The position numbers and the translations under genes are program-made. From Monocercomonoides exilis PA203 (Eukaryota > Protista > Preaxostyla), in NCBI GenBank assembly GCA_001643675.2, contig LSRY02000003.1, positions 1,798,001 to 1,862,000 of the forward strand: a stretch of DNA of 64,000 bases, in the 5' to 3' direction. The notes under the pieces were generated by a model that searched no databases, was not told where the DNA came from, and was given only the letters and a program-made list of their open reading frames with translations. Below, one piece after another: positions 26,427-38,378 of the stretch (positions within the stretch are counted from its first letter, which is position 1; every line of letters starts with the position of its first letter).

Positions 26427-29400
26427 CTTCTGCTTCTGCTTCTGCTTCAAATTCAAATTCAAATTCAAATTCAAATTCAAGCAATCCTTCTTCGAGCAAT
26501 CTTTTCCAACTACTTGGCTCAACTGATTCTGCAACTTCTCAAACTGGAAGCCAACCTCAAGCACAGCCTTCCATGCTTCATCCTCCATTTATGCAATTTT
26601 CACCTATCAGCCAGCAGCAGGGGCAGTGGGTTCCGCAGAGCCGTGCTTTTGCAGAAGAGGAATTAGACGCTAGAATCATTTTCATTGAGCTTTTAAAGGA
26701 ATAAATTTTTTGAATTTTTTAATCGTTTAACAATGCATGATATAATTTAGATTATTGACGAGCTTTGCCCATATGAATTTTCTCGTGAAGAAGCAAAACC
26801 GGCTGTGCGTGAGGTGGGAACAGATATGGACACAGTTCTTCCTTGGATCACTAAGAAACATTTTTCGAATCAATAGGATTTTTTTATTTGTTTTTGTTCG
26901 TTCTTGTGGGTGAATTTAACACTTTGTTTTTTTGAATATGCCATGAATTTATTGACTTATTGTGTTTTTACAAATTTGATAAAAATTTGACGCGGAATAT
27001 TTTTACAGTTTATTTTTTAAAATTTTTTATTTATTTCTTTAATGGAGGACTTTGTATTTACAGAAAGTTTATCATCGTTTTTAGAAACAAAGTTTTATAG
27101 AGATAACATTGAATTTGCAAAAGCAAAGTGTGAATTTTCAAATAATTCTTTGGTGATAAAAAAATTATTTGGCAGCCCCAATTATCTTGATGTCATTTGG
27201 AAAAATCTTTCTTGAAACAGAGGCATTGCAGAATTTGTTCATGCTATGATCAGCGTTAACGTTATAATTAAAATTTGCTCCGGATTAAAACAGAATCTGA
27301 AACAGAATTTCTTAATCAACAGCTTTGCCAGAGATGTTATTTAATTCTTTACAGATGTCTGATTGTACTTGGAGCTGAACTGCAATCGCAAAATATTGAA
27401 TTTCGTCAGGTATTGTTTTGCTTGAGCTTCTTTTTTTAATCGTTTACAGCTTTTTCAATTTGTTATTTTCTCGGTTGCCTTTTCGTTCAAACTTATGAAT
27501 GGAAATATGAAATGATTGCCTGTGATGGCTTTAAAAAGAATAAAAAGTCTGAATTTACAGTCAGGCGTCCAAGTCAAAGAGCAAAAGAAGATGAACGAGC
27601 TGGCGAATGGGGAAAGAAAAAGGGGGAGTTGCTGAATCAGATCACAAATAGAATCGGGGGCAATGAAGATACCGATGATTCTTTTGTTCGCTGGAAATTG
27701 TTTGATGTGGTTGTATCAACTCTATTTCAGCTTCTTGAGTGGAAATGGAATACATCGGTTTGTTTCAAGCTATTTTCTTGTATTGATATTGTTCAAAGAA
27801 ATCCCCTTTTTGTGTATTGCTTTTGATTGAAAATGACAAAATATTATTCCACTCGCAAATAGATAGTTGATCATTTCAGTCACAAAGCTCGTCTTCGACT
27901 CATCTTCTACTGAAATATCTGATTAGACAACTTCTTGAATCATCTTCTTTTCACACAGACACCGAGGTTCGGATTATTCGAATGATATTGACATACAACA
28001 GACGAATCATTCATCCTCTTCTTTCGAATCCTTCTTCTTCCTCTTCATCTTCTTCCTCTTCATCTTCTTCCTCTTCATCTTCTTCCTCTTCTTCTTCTTC
28101 TTCTCCTTCTTCTCCTTCGCAAACACAGAAATTGATGCTGCTTTCAATGCATTATGGTCATCAAACATGTTTTTATGCAGTTGGATGATCGAATCTTTAA
28201 CTGGAGAATATTCTTTGATAAAAGGAGAGAAGAAGAAGAAGTAGAAGCAGAAGATAAGTCAATGCGATGGAAAGAAGGGGATGTGTTGGGAATGAGAGGA
28301 GGGAGATTAGCAGAAGGGAGAAGAAGAATAGTTTGAGGATGAGAAGAAGAGGAAGAAGAAGAAGAGGAAGAAGAAGAAGAGGAAGAGGAAACAAATGAAT
28401 GAGAAGAAGAAGAAGAAGAAGAAGAAGAAGGAAAAGAAAAAAAAAAGAAGAATTTGATGGGAAAGAAGCAGTCAGAGAAGAAGAAATAAAAGAAGGAGGA
28501 AGAGAAGAAGAAGAAGAAGAAGATTCAATGGAATTGGAAGAAGAAGAAGAAAGATGAGAAGAAGAAACAAAGTTGTAATCCACATCCTCTGCTGCCATAT
28601 TCAATGCTATGGAAGCATCCATTTGAACAATCGCTGAGAAAGCATGGTCAGTTTGAAATAGCGTACGAAGCATCACTGCCGCATTCCCCTATCGTCTGTT
28701 CAGCATTTGACTGTCTTATCTGAATAAACAACTCTTCGACACCGAGCCTATTGTCTGACGTGTTGAATGACATGACACTTCTCCTTCTGCACCTCTGCCT
28801 CCATTCACTCACCTAGCCAAGTCAGCTGTGTGTCCGCATCAGACGCCACATCAAGCACACTCTCAAACGTATGCACTGACAGCATCGCTGAACAATTGCT
28901 TAGAATCTTTTTCGCATTACCTGCTGCTCCTTCTCTGTTCCGACATACAACCTCAATTTCCTTCTCCGTTGTAAACTTCACTTTCTCCGAGTCATCTGTT
29001 CTCCATCACAACCGATACTGTCCTTCCACAGCACAGTGGCTGCGGCTGCATCACAATGTGTACATTTGCAAGTCGGATCCACTCATCCTGGCAGATAAAG
29101 ATACCACACACATATTCGTTCTCCTCTGCTTTGTGCTCGAACCACTCAACAAGTTCGAAAAACATAACCGCCAAGTCTTCCACACCGACCTGCTTCATCC
29201 CTGCTTCACTCTCTGTCCCATTCAACACGAGGATCTCGCATGGCCCCAGAACCAGATTCCTCTTTGGCTTTGTTCCTCAGCTGTATCTCCACCATTTCAC
29301 CTGCATCTTAGCACGGCTTCATGACAGCTGCATGTTCAGCTCGCCAAGCACATCAAAAGTCTGCCAGTTTTTTATGAGCACACGCATCATTCGCTGATTG

Positions 29401-29677
29401 CCTTTTTGTGTCAGGGCACTGCTCGTCAGCCCTCAACCAGATTGAACAACCACGGCACTCCAATATTCTATCTGCACTCAATTTTTCCTCACTCTTCCTC
29501 CTCAACCTCTTCTTCTTTTTATCACTCCGTATAAATCAAACAACATTTTCCCCTTGCTTCTTCATAGGATTTGTCTTTTTCCTCATTTATTAACAAATCA
29601 TTCGCTCATTTTTTTATAACAGCTTCACAGAAATAATCATTTCAATAAAACTTTTCGTTGCAGAAATAATCAAATAC

Positions 29678-30540
29678 TCATCTGCTTCTCCTGCTGAATC
29701 GTTCTCCTTCCTCCACTTGTTTTCGCTCCTCAAGCTCCAACAGTGCAATCGCTGCTGGTGACAGAACCACATCCTCCATCCTCAGCCCCGCTGCCGACAG
29801 CCCCTTCTCCACAATCTCCCCCACTTCACACACTGCAATCCCTCGCCCCATCACTTCGTCGTCCAGCGTCACTCACACGCCTCGACTGCAGCTATATCCA
29901 ACGGCAGCAGCGACGGGTCAAACAGATCGTAGATCGACGGGAACGCATTCACATTTGCTGCTGCAAAGATCCGCTTGCTCCCCGACTTCGTTCCTACTAA
30001 TGCTGCAAGCGACGGAAGCGGCGTCACCAGCGCAACAGAAAGCATCTCCGAAAGTTCCATACCGTAAGCACACACAACGTCTCCGTACAAACAGCACTGC
30101 ACACCGCGCCTCAGCATAACCTCGTGGAGCTCGTTGTAACCGCAGTGATGGTTTCTTGTGATTTGCATACACACCAGTTGCCTCTGGCATCACAATCCAC
30201 AGACGCCTCTCGATATCGTCCGTCACTGCTGCAGATGTGAATAACACCGTCACAGCCGACGTATCCGAATGGTCAATCGCAGGCGCTGCTGCTGATGGTG
30301 ATGACTGCCCGACCCATTCCGCCTTCATCTATTCGTTTCCCTGCCATTGGAATGGCGGATGTTACCTACATGCTGTTCAAGTTGAAGATGGCGAAGAAGA
30401 CGAAAGTGCTGAGAGAAGAGACGACTGCTGCGCTGCCCCGGCCACAAGGAGCTTGATGAGATATATCCCATCACGTCAGCCAGAATTTTTACCAGAAGCA
30501 CTTACAGCATCCACATTCGTATCATAATGATGGATGAGTC
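29678..30540 (-). pseudogene. IQCH-like ATP-grasp fragment, frameshifted (cargo of copy B)
   Basis: GTKSGSKRIFAAANVNAFPSIYDLFDPSLLP and LDDEVMGRGIAVCEVGEIVEKG are split over several frames. Confidence 0.7.
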
Positions 30541-31610
30541 GAGAAAACCAGATTTTATCGTACAATTTGAAAAGATTAAAGCAGTAAACCTTTCGTGATG
30601 CGTTTATTCAAAATGGAATGGAGAAGAAAAAGGCACATAACGAGATGAAAACTATTTGTTTGATACTATCTTTTTAAATCCATATATGAGATCAAATTGT
30701 TATTTAAAGTTTGCAACAAATGGAGATTTATTTTGAAAAATTAAATCTCATTCCACAATTTTCTTAAATAACATTAATAATTGCTTTATGTCACCTCCTT
30801 TTTGATATTATTCTAACGCAACGAGTATTGTTTTGATGAATTTTTCCTGTTTGAAAATTTCTTAAAAAAATTTGATAATTCATGCAAATCAAATATTATT
30901 TGTCTTTCAATGAAAAAAAAATAATGAAAGCTTTGTTAATATCCATAATTTCAGAATGAACATTCAAACAGATGAGATGAAAATGAAGAAATAAAAACAT
31001 TTAATTCATTTTATTCAAATAGCTGGAATGCATTGTTGACATAAGTGTATCACAAAATAAAGTTAAAAATCTATATAATTTCAACAAATATGAATCCTAT
31101 TTTTCAATAAAAAGCGAAATAAATAACAATAAATAACATTTTTCAAACAAAAATGGGAACGGAATTATCATTATTTATTGATCTTTTTTGATATTTTGTG
31201 GGACAAAATTAAAGTCGAGGAACTTTTCAAAAAAATTTTGCCAAATATTTATTTTTTTTATAAAAAAAAACGACAACAAACATTTATTTACCTGGGAAAC
31301 TGATTCAGGACCCAAGTCCTTCAAGTTTCTCAATTATAAACAAAGAATTAAGAAACAAGATGGAATCAGTCTTGTCCTCTACCGAAAGTTATTCTGTTTC
31401 ATCGGATAAGCATAGACAAATATTTGTTATTTCTAAGTTTATTAAACGTTTATTTTTTATTAATTAATTAGTTAGTTAAATTAAAAAAAAATAAAAATAT
31501 AAATTTTAAATTTAATAAAATTGAAATTAAATACAAAATAATTTTACAGTTTGTTTATTTCAAAAATAACTATCAATCACTTTCAATAGATGAATTGTGA
31601 AATAAAAAAA

Positions 31611-31660
31611 AATTTCAAAATTATTGGGTTATTTTGAAATAACCCAATAATTTTGAAATT
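31611..31660. repeat. Perfect 24-bp-arm palindrome
   Basis: aatttcaaaattattgggttattt-tg-aaataacccaataattttgaaatt. Confidence 0.9.
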
Positions 31661-32419
31661 GTCTGTGGAAATCTTGAAATTTTTGGGGAATTTTACAATA
31701 ACTCAGGTAGCAAAAAATTTTCTGTGAAAAAATATATTATGCATATACATGAAGTTATTCAAATCATATTTATGAAAAATATTCTGTTGTTTTTTATTGT
31801 TATTAATAAAAGAAAAAAATTTTTTAACAGAACTATTTCGAAATAATTAACAGCTTATCGAAATCAGCTTTGGAATACAATTTTGTTCTTTTTAAAAAAC
31901 ATTATTATGAAAGTTTGATGGTTTTCATTGTACTTTTTTTTTTCGGATGAATGATGAAGGTCAAATTTTAAAAAAAGTCCCCAAGGATCTAAATATTTAC
32001 CGATTGGAGAATGTTATGAAACACTCCGTTGCAATTTTTAATCATCAATATTCAAAATCTCACAAACGAGAAAGATTATCTATGATAAACTTCAACATTT
32101 AAAAAAAAAATGACTCTTGAAAGAATAATTTGATGAAATTTTTTGATCTATTTAAAAATTGATAATCTGGTGAAATAAGATTTGTTGCATTTTATCACGA
32201 AAGTTTCTGAACAAGATATATGAGGGACAATGTGTTTCACAAGTTTGAGCGTTGAAAAATTCTTCAGATTTGAAAAAACATATTCATTCATTTTCACTGT
32301 TTATCTTGGTTAAAGCAATTCAAATGAAAAATTCTTCTCATCAATGTTAAGTTGAATTGAATCATATTCAAATTCAAGGGGAAACAAAATGGACGCAACA
32401 GAAAATTTGTCCATTTCAT

Positions 32420-33480
32420 TATGGAAATGAATTGGTTGCGCATCGCAACAAGAAGGTGCACTTTATTTCCAAGACTGTGAAAAAACCATTCTTTATATTG
32501 AAAACTCGTCTTTAACAAAATGAAATGTTTCTTCTGCAAGATGTGGAGGAATAGATGCATTGAACATCGCTGATGTATTTTGCTCCATACCACATTTGTT
32601 CAACGTTGCGCGAAAGGAACCCCAGAGTTGGGTGGAGGGGAAGGGATAAAGATCGAAAATGTTAATACACAGCCAGTGGTTTATGATTGCTCCTTTCAAA
32701 ATTACTCTTCAGGCAACGATAGAGGGGCAATTGATCTGCGTGCAAAGAGAACTGAGAGGCAGAAGAAATGTGTTATTAATTAGCTTATTTTTCAACTGCA
32801 GATGCAACGGAACAGCTACTGGAATTGGAGGAGCAATTGAACATTGGCTTTCAATGAACAAAGTCTTTATGTTTAACTATCTGTTCTGCAACTGCTTTTC
32901 GATGACAGCAGGAGGTGTTGTTGGCTCACAAATCAATGCAGTTAATAAAGGAATTTTAATTTTTCTGTTGTTTTTTCCACAAAGGCGCATGTGTGAAAGG
33001 CAGACATGATATTTTTCTTCAAGACTTTTTGCTAAACAACATTCACATAAGATATTATTCAAACAGACAAACTGAAAACAGAGTGAGTACAAACTCTGGT
33101 TCAATCATTGACTGAAGTGAATGGATTAATAATGATGGAGGAAAAACCTAATTTGTTTTTTCAACTGCAGCACAACCGAATTCCAAAGGCACTTTTTCAT
33201 GTGGGATCAATGAAAGCTATCCGTGTAACACTGTCAGCCATTGGTTTACTCAACTTATTCCAGGTTGTGCAAATGAAGTCCAGATATTAGCAAAAACAAT
33301 GACAGAAATAAGAAGTGTAGACTCGATACCAACGCTTATGTGATATATGGACAAAGTGGTGTGAGTGCAATTGTCCAAACAAAAATTGAAGCAGCTTATG
33401 TTTCTCATATTTCAGTTTCAACAGGAACTTGCTCTTGTGAATTGCTCAGAAGATGTGAATATTAATAACTCAAGAATATT
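32420..33480 (+). pseudogene. Heavily decayed beta-helix/surface-protein-like gene
   Basis: Short ORFs with recurring GGG/GGAI and F.NC motifs (LGGGEGI, DRGAI, IGGAIE, FCNCFSMTAGG); many disruptions. Confidence 0.4.
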
Positions 33481-36199
33481 CTAAAAAAATGGAACTTAAA
33501 AGGTTGAACAACAGGCTGCACAACTCTTTTCTTACTAAGTCTACTATTTTCGCGAAGCCTCCATGATTGTTCTATTTGCTGCGGCTCCATCACCATCTGC
33601 TCATGTTTTCCAGTTAAACGCCAACAATGTGCGAGTATTGCTGATTGAATATCTTCGGAAAACAGTCATTTTTATAATTTCACATCATCTGGGTCTGTTT
33701 TCTCCAGCTGTTGTCTTTTCTTCCCTTTCAGTTCCATAACTAATGATGCCATCTCTTCTCCTCATCTCTTTTAGTGAAGATTGAATGTTTAATCAAATTC
33801 CTGTCAATCTGACAGAAAAACAATTTTCAAACAATTTTCGTTGTCATCATCTTCCTTTTCTTCTTCCTCCTCCTCATTTTTTATTCTTTTTCTTCATCAT
33901 TTCCTGCCTTTTTGAAGGAAATCTTATGAAAGAAAATAATGCTTTCTCTCAAATAGAAATATGTTTTTTTTCATTTGAAGAAAACAATGAATGAAAATGA
34001 TTGCTATAAGAAACAAGAGATTAAAGAAAAAGAAAAAGGAAAAGAAGAAGACAACACTGATGAAAATTTTAGGAGAGAAATCAAATGATCAATCACATCT
34101 TATAATGGCTCAAAGGACTGCAACATTTTGTTTGTCTCCAATACTTTGTTCTTAAAGAGATCTTAACGATGTTCAGAAAAAACGGATACTGATGAATCTT
34201 AGCAAGATATAATTCCTTTTCCATCTTCAATATCATCGTCTCATGAAACTTCATCACTCACTGTCCGTCCCACAGCAGCATCCCAAAGCTTATAGACACT
34301 TCTTCCTCATTCCTCTTCAGCTGCAGCCTCAGCAGTACCACCAGTAGCCGCACCATTTGGAACAGCGCCCTCTGCCCTTCTTTCTTTGAGATATCCTTCT
34401 GTGCAGTCTCCTTTCACACCTAAGCCCAACCGATACTCTCATCCATTTTCATGCAGACGCTTTAGAAAGCACACTCAATGTGAATTGCAATTCCTTCTCA
34501 CTCTCTTTGTAATCACTCTGAATTCATTCAACGTTTGAGGAACTCTCCAGTGAGTTGCATTACATATATCCGGTAGTCTAAGACACAACAAGAAGAAGTC
34601 GTTTTATTTGAACACTTCCAGTACCTTGCAGACGAAGGCGGACAGCACACAGACAGCCTGTATGCCTCTCGGAAGTTCCAAAGCAACAACGCCTGTGAAA
34701 TTTGTGGATTGCACATACGCAGAAGAGATTCCATTTGAACAGGCGTGATCTTTCCGCAAGCTTCTCCTGATAACAAACACGAAGAAGAAGACATATCGAA
34801 ACAAAACATGAAATCATACAGAGCTTTTATCTCCTCCTTCCGCTTCGCTGCTTCTGTCTGGTTGAAGTTCAGGATAAATTCAAGAATGCAGATGACTCTG
34901 TACTCACCTTCTCCAACTTCAATAATTTTAACACCTCAGAAAACATCTTGATCTTCTTCTCCATCGCATCTTCAACAGCACGATATTGAAAAACAATTGA
35001 AATGATTGCTCATCTCCGGTGAACTTCTAACTCGTGAATCTCCCGTACAGCAACATATCCTCAAAAAACTTCCGGAATTTCTTTTCATTGTGGATTATTT
35101 CCCATGACACAGTCTCACCCTTCTTCTGCTCTGATTTCTTCTCTCCCAGGTACTGAACAACAGTTGCCTTCCCTGACTCTTTCTATTCCACTGTAAAAGT
35201 TGCCGTTAACATCCAGTTCTTCTGCATTCTCTTCGCATCGTTGTGCGGAGACAGCTGAACCACATTCAGCTCACTTGCATCTCTTTTTTCTACCTTTACA
35301 CACTCCTCCTTCTCCTCCTCCTTCTCCTTCTCCTTCTCCTTCTCCTTCTTCTTCTTCGTTTTCGCCTCTTCTTCTGTTCATCCATCTCCTCTTCGTACTG
35401 TAAAACTCTCTCACCCCTTTCTTCTCTGCTCCACAATCCCTTTCCATGTAAAAATTTCCCCGCAACACTAGCTCCTCCTGCTCCTTTACCTGCCCAACCA
35501 GCCGTTCAACCTTCTCTTCAAACGACGCCTTCATTTTTTTCTGTTTCTGCTTCTTTTGTGCAAGAATCATTTCCTTCTTCGCAATCACATTTTTCAACAG
35601 CGCCTTCTTCTCAATTATCGTCTTCTCCTGCACTTTCGACAGCTCGATCAACATCTTCGTTTCCTTCTCCATCTCGTTTATCTTCTACCGCAACGTTGCA
35701 TACACTCCTCCTTCACAACTACCACCAGTATCATCAATGCTTCCACCATTGGTCACAGCGTTGTTCTTCTCCGATCTTTCGCTGATCCAAGATTTAGATC
35801 CCATTTTTTCATCTTCTCCTCCACATCAGTTAACTTCTCCTGCGAAACTCACCCAATAACCAACTTCACAATAACTCCTTTTCCGCTTGTGCATACAGCA
35901 AGGAACACAGCACTTCCATTTTTAATAATTACTGCAATCTTCTCCTGGCACTTTTCACGCAGCCCCAACTGCAGAATCAACAAAGCCAAAGATAAAACCA
36001 TCCCACACTGTGTAGAGGTCAGTGAAAAAAGCTTGGCAGCATGCATCGCCAGACCATAAGTATCTGTTTGCTAACCACACTCACAACTCCTCCTTGCTAA
36101 GCTCTATCTTCTTCATTATCTCCGCCAACTGCTCCATCAGCTCCTTCGCCTCTGCATTGGGTTACTACCTCAGCTCCAGAATCTTCCTTTCCAGTTTCA

Positions 36200-36600
36200 C
36201 CACCATCTCCTCAATCTTCCACACTTCATTCTCTTCAACTCCTCATCTTATCACTTCTCCGTCTGTCTTCACAGCCACACTCCTCGACTACGCAGATCGG
36301 AACACCAGTTACGCTGTGGAAGGTTGTAACTTTAGAAGAATTAAACAGAACGTAGATCAAGTGGAACGCGTTCACGCCGTTCGATACAAAGATCCGCTTT
36401 CTCCTAAACAACGAACCCACCAACATTGCAAGTTAAAGATGCAGATTCACCAGCGAAACTGAAAGTGTCACCGAAAGCGCTAAAACATACCCCCCACAGT
36501 TTCCGCAGCGCACATGGAAACAACGGTATGCACTGATCAAACACTCCAGTCACTTTCTTATTTTCGCTTCTTTGCCCTCGGAATGGCAAGGCTGATCTGT
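36200..36600 (-). pseudogene. Third, most degenerate IQCH-like fragment
   Basis: caaagatccgcttt...cgaacccaccaacattgcaag aligns to the KRIF region of the other two copies; translation RKRIFVSNGVNAFHLIYVLF. Confidence 0.55.
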
Positions 36601-37463
36601 ATTCAGCATGAGCAAAAAAGATGTGAAAGTCATTTCAGTCTTTTCAAATGAAAAAAAATATATAATTTGAAATACATCAAGTTGAATTTTGGTGGATTCG
36701 AGCTGTGATTGATAAAGTTGAAATCAATAAAATCTAAAGGCAAAAGGTTTGTGTGCTCGTTCTTCGTGGAAAATATTGTTTAACAAAACTACGTATTGTT
36801 TTATTTTATTTCTAGTCTGTGAAAAGCTCCGAATCCTGAATCTTGTGTCTAATTACTGATAAAACGATTCAAAAATTAGTTGTATTTTTTTTTTAATCAA
36901 CATTTTGTTCAATATGACTTTGAACAAATTTTCACGTTTAGCTCACATTATTCAAACGTCTATACGATCCACACACAGTGATTTGATTGTTTCGTGAAGA
37001 GATATAACAGTAGAAGAAAGTCATTTATACAAGAAGAAACAAAAAATCAGTAAATCGCTTGTGAATATTTGCTTCTTTTCTTCTTTATCCAATGGAAAAT
37101 CATTTCCATGGATATGATCAATTCATTTTCGGGTCAAATTTGTTGTGGTTTAATGGAAATCAGTTTTATGAATCGGACAACAATGCCGCTTTATTCCTCT
37201 CAATCATCGGTTTTCGTCAATTTTTCAAACATTGAAAGACATGAAATGTAATTTGTTTCATTGAAGGTACTGCTTCGATTTATTTTTGATTGTTTTCAAT
37301 GATTGCTTTCATAGTTTCACAGGCATGAAAGTCACAAAATATATTCAAATTTTTATTCACTATTAAAGTGCATAAGCACCTTAATTATCAAGAAAGTGTT
37401 TCATCAATTCCTTCTCTTTTTGAGAGACGCCACAATCTATGGGTCAGTCGCCACATTTGATCA

Positions 37464-38378
37464 ATGATGTCTGCTTCACAATTCCCTCCGATTGTTGGAC
37501 TTACGCCGTCGGCTGATTCTGCAATGCAGCACAGTGGGGCGCAAAGCCAACCAGGGACCTTGTCACAACCTAACATCTTTTCTTCCTCTTCAATTTTTTC
37601 ACCTTCTTCATCGGAAGGTTTAGCACAGGAGTTGACCCCTTCAGCTGACAGAAAGGAGAATGATGATTTCTTAGACATATCACAACTTATTTGTCAGGAG
37701 TTTGAGGACATTTTCGGACAAACGCCGAATATTTCAATTTTTGATCTAAGGATTTCCCCAAGATCCGTTCAAGTTGTTGTTGAGGAGTATAAGACACAGG
37801 ATTTTAGCCCATTGTTATCTTAAGAACCACCCGCTTCCAAGAGAACAAAGGACTGGATTAACGATGCGTTAGATCAAACAGGTATTCATGTTGATACCTT
37901 CTAAAACCTAGCACTTCAAGCATTGCTCTTCGGACTGACTCATGAATTCACTTCAAAGGAAGAAACAAAATGAAGACTGGCTGATATTTTGATTATGATC
38001 ACCAAGGCTCTTCAAGAGGTATGAACGGTTCGAATTCGAGGCAGGCTTGGTTTCAGTGCTTCCACAGCGATGAGCACAGACGCTTCTACAGGAATTCTCA
38101 CAGAGAGACAGGAACTGATTCTCAAAGAAACAAGGCTGGAAGCCAAGCTAGAGAGAGGATTCCAGAGACCAGCACTTCCTATAACACGTGTTCAGGCTCC
38201 TGTTAAAGAACAACCAGGAACACTTCAAAGAAGATTTAGTTATCCCATTTCTCACACAAATACACGGTTTTTTCGGAGATACCCTAGGTCCTCAGCCCCC
38301 ACAAGAAGGCATCAATTCGGAAGAAGGAGGAACCAGAGCAGTTGGAGCAGGAGACCAGGGGTGCGTCAACAATTTTAG
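37464..38378 (+). pseudogene. DIRS gag-like ORF1 with four in-frame stops
   Basis: One reading frame from ATG 37464 to 38378, with TAA 37821, TAA 37902, TGA 37971 and TGA 38022. It lies directly upstream of and overlaps RT. Confidence 0.65.

Larger units (their letters stand above)
24525..31242 (-). mobile_element. Pack-type non-autonomous TIR element, copy B (6718 bp), inverted relative to copy A
   Basis: TIRs ggctaaatttttttgaaaagt and acttttcaaaaaaattttgcc. TSD aaat at 24521-24524 and 31243-31246. Same cargo order as copy A plus an extra segment of ~26100-28150. Confidence 0.85.

Noticed and set aside
17985-31242. A single 13-kb palindromic segmental duplication or one giant TIR element
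   Set aside because: Each arm has its own TIR pair and TSD, and homology stops at those termini.
31958-31985. aggtcaaattttaaaaaaagt as left TIR of a third Pack element containing the 36.2-kb IQCH-like copy
   Set aside because: Weak match, no ANNT TSD and no partner terminus found.
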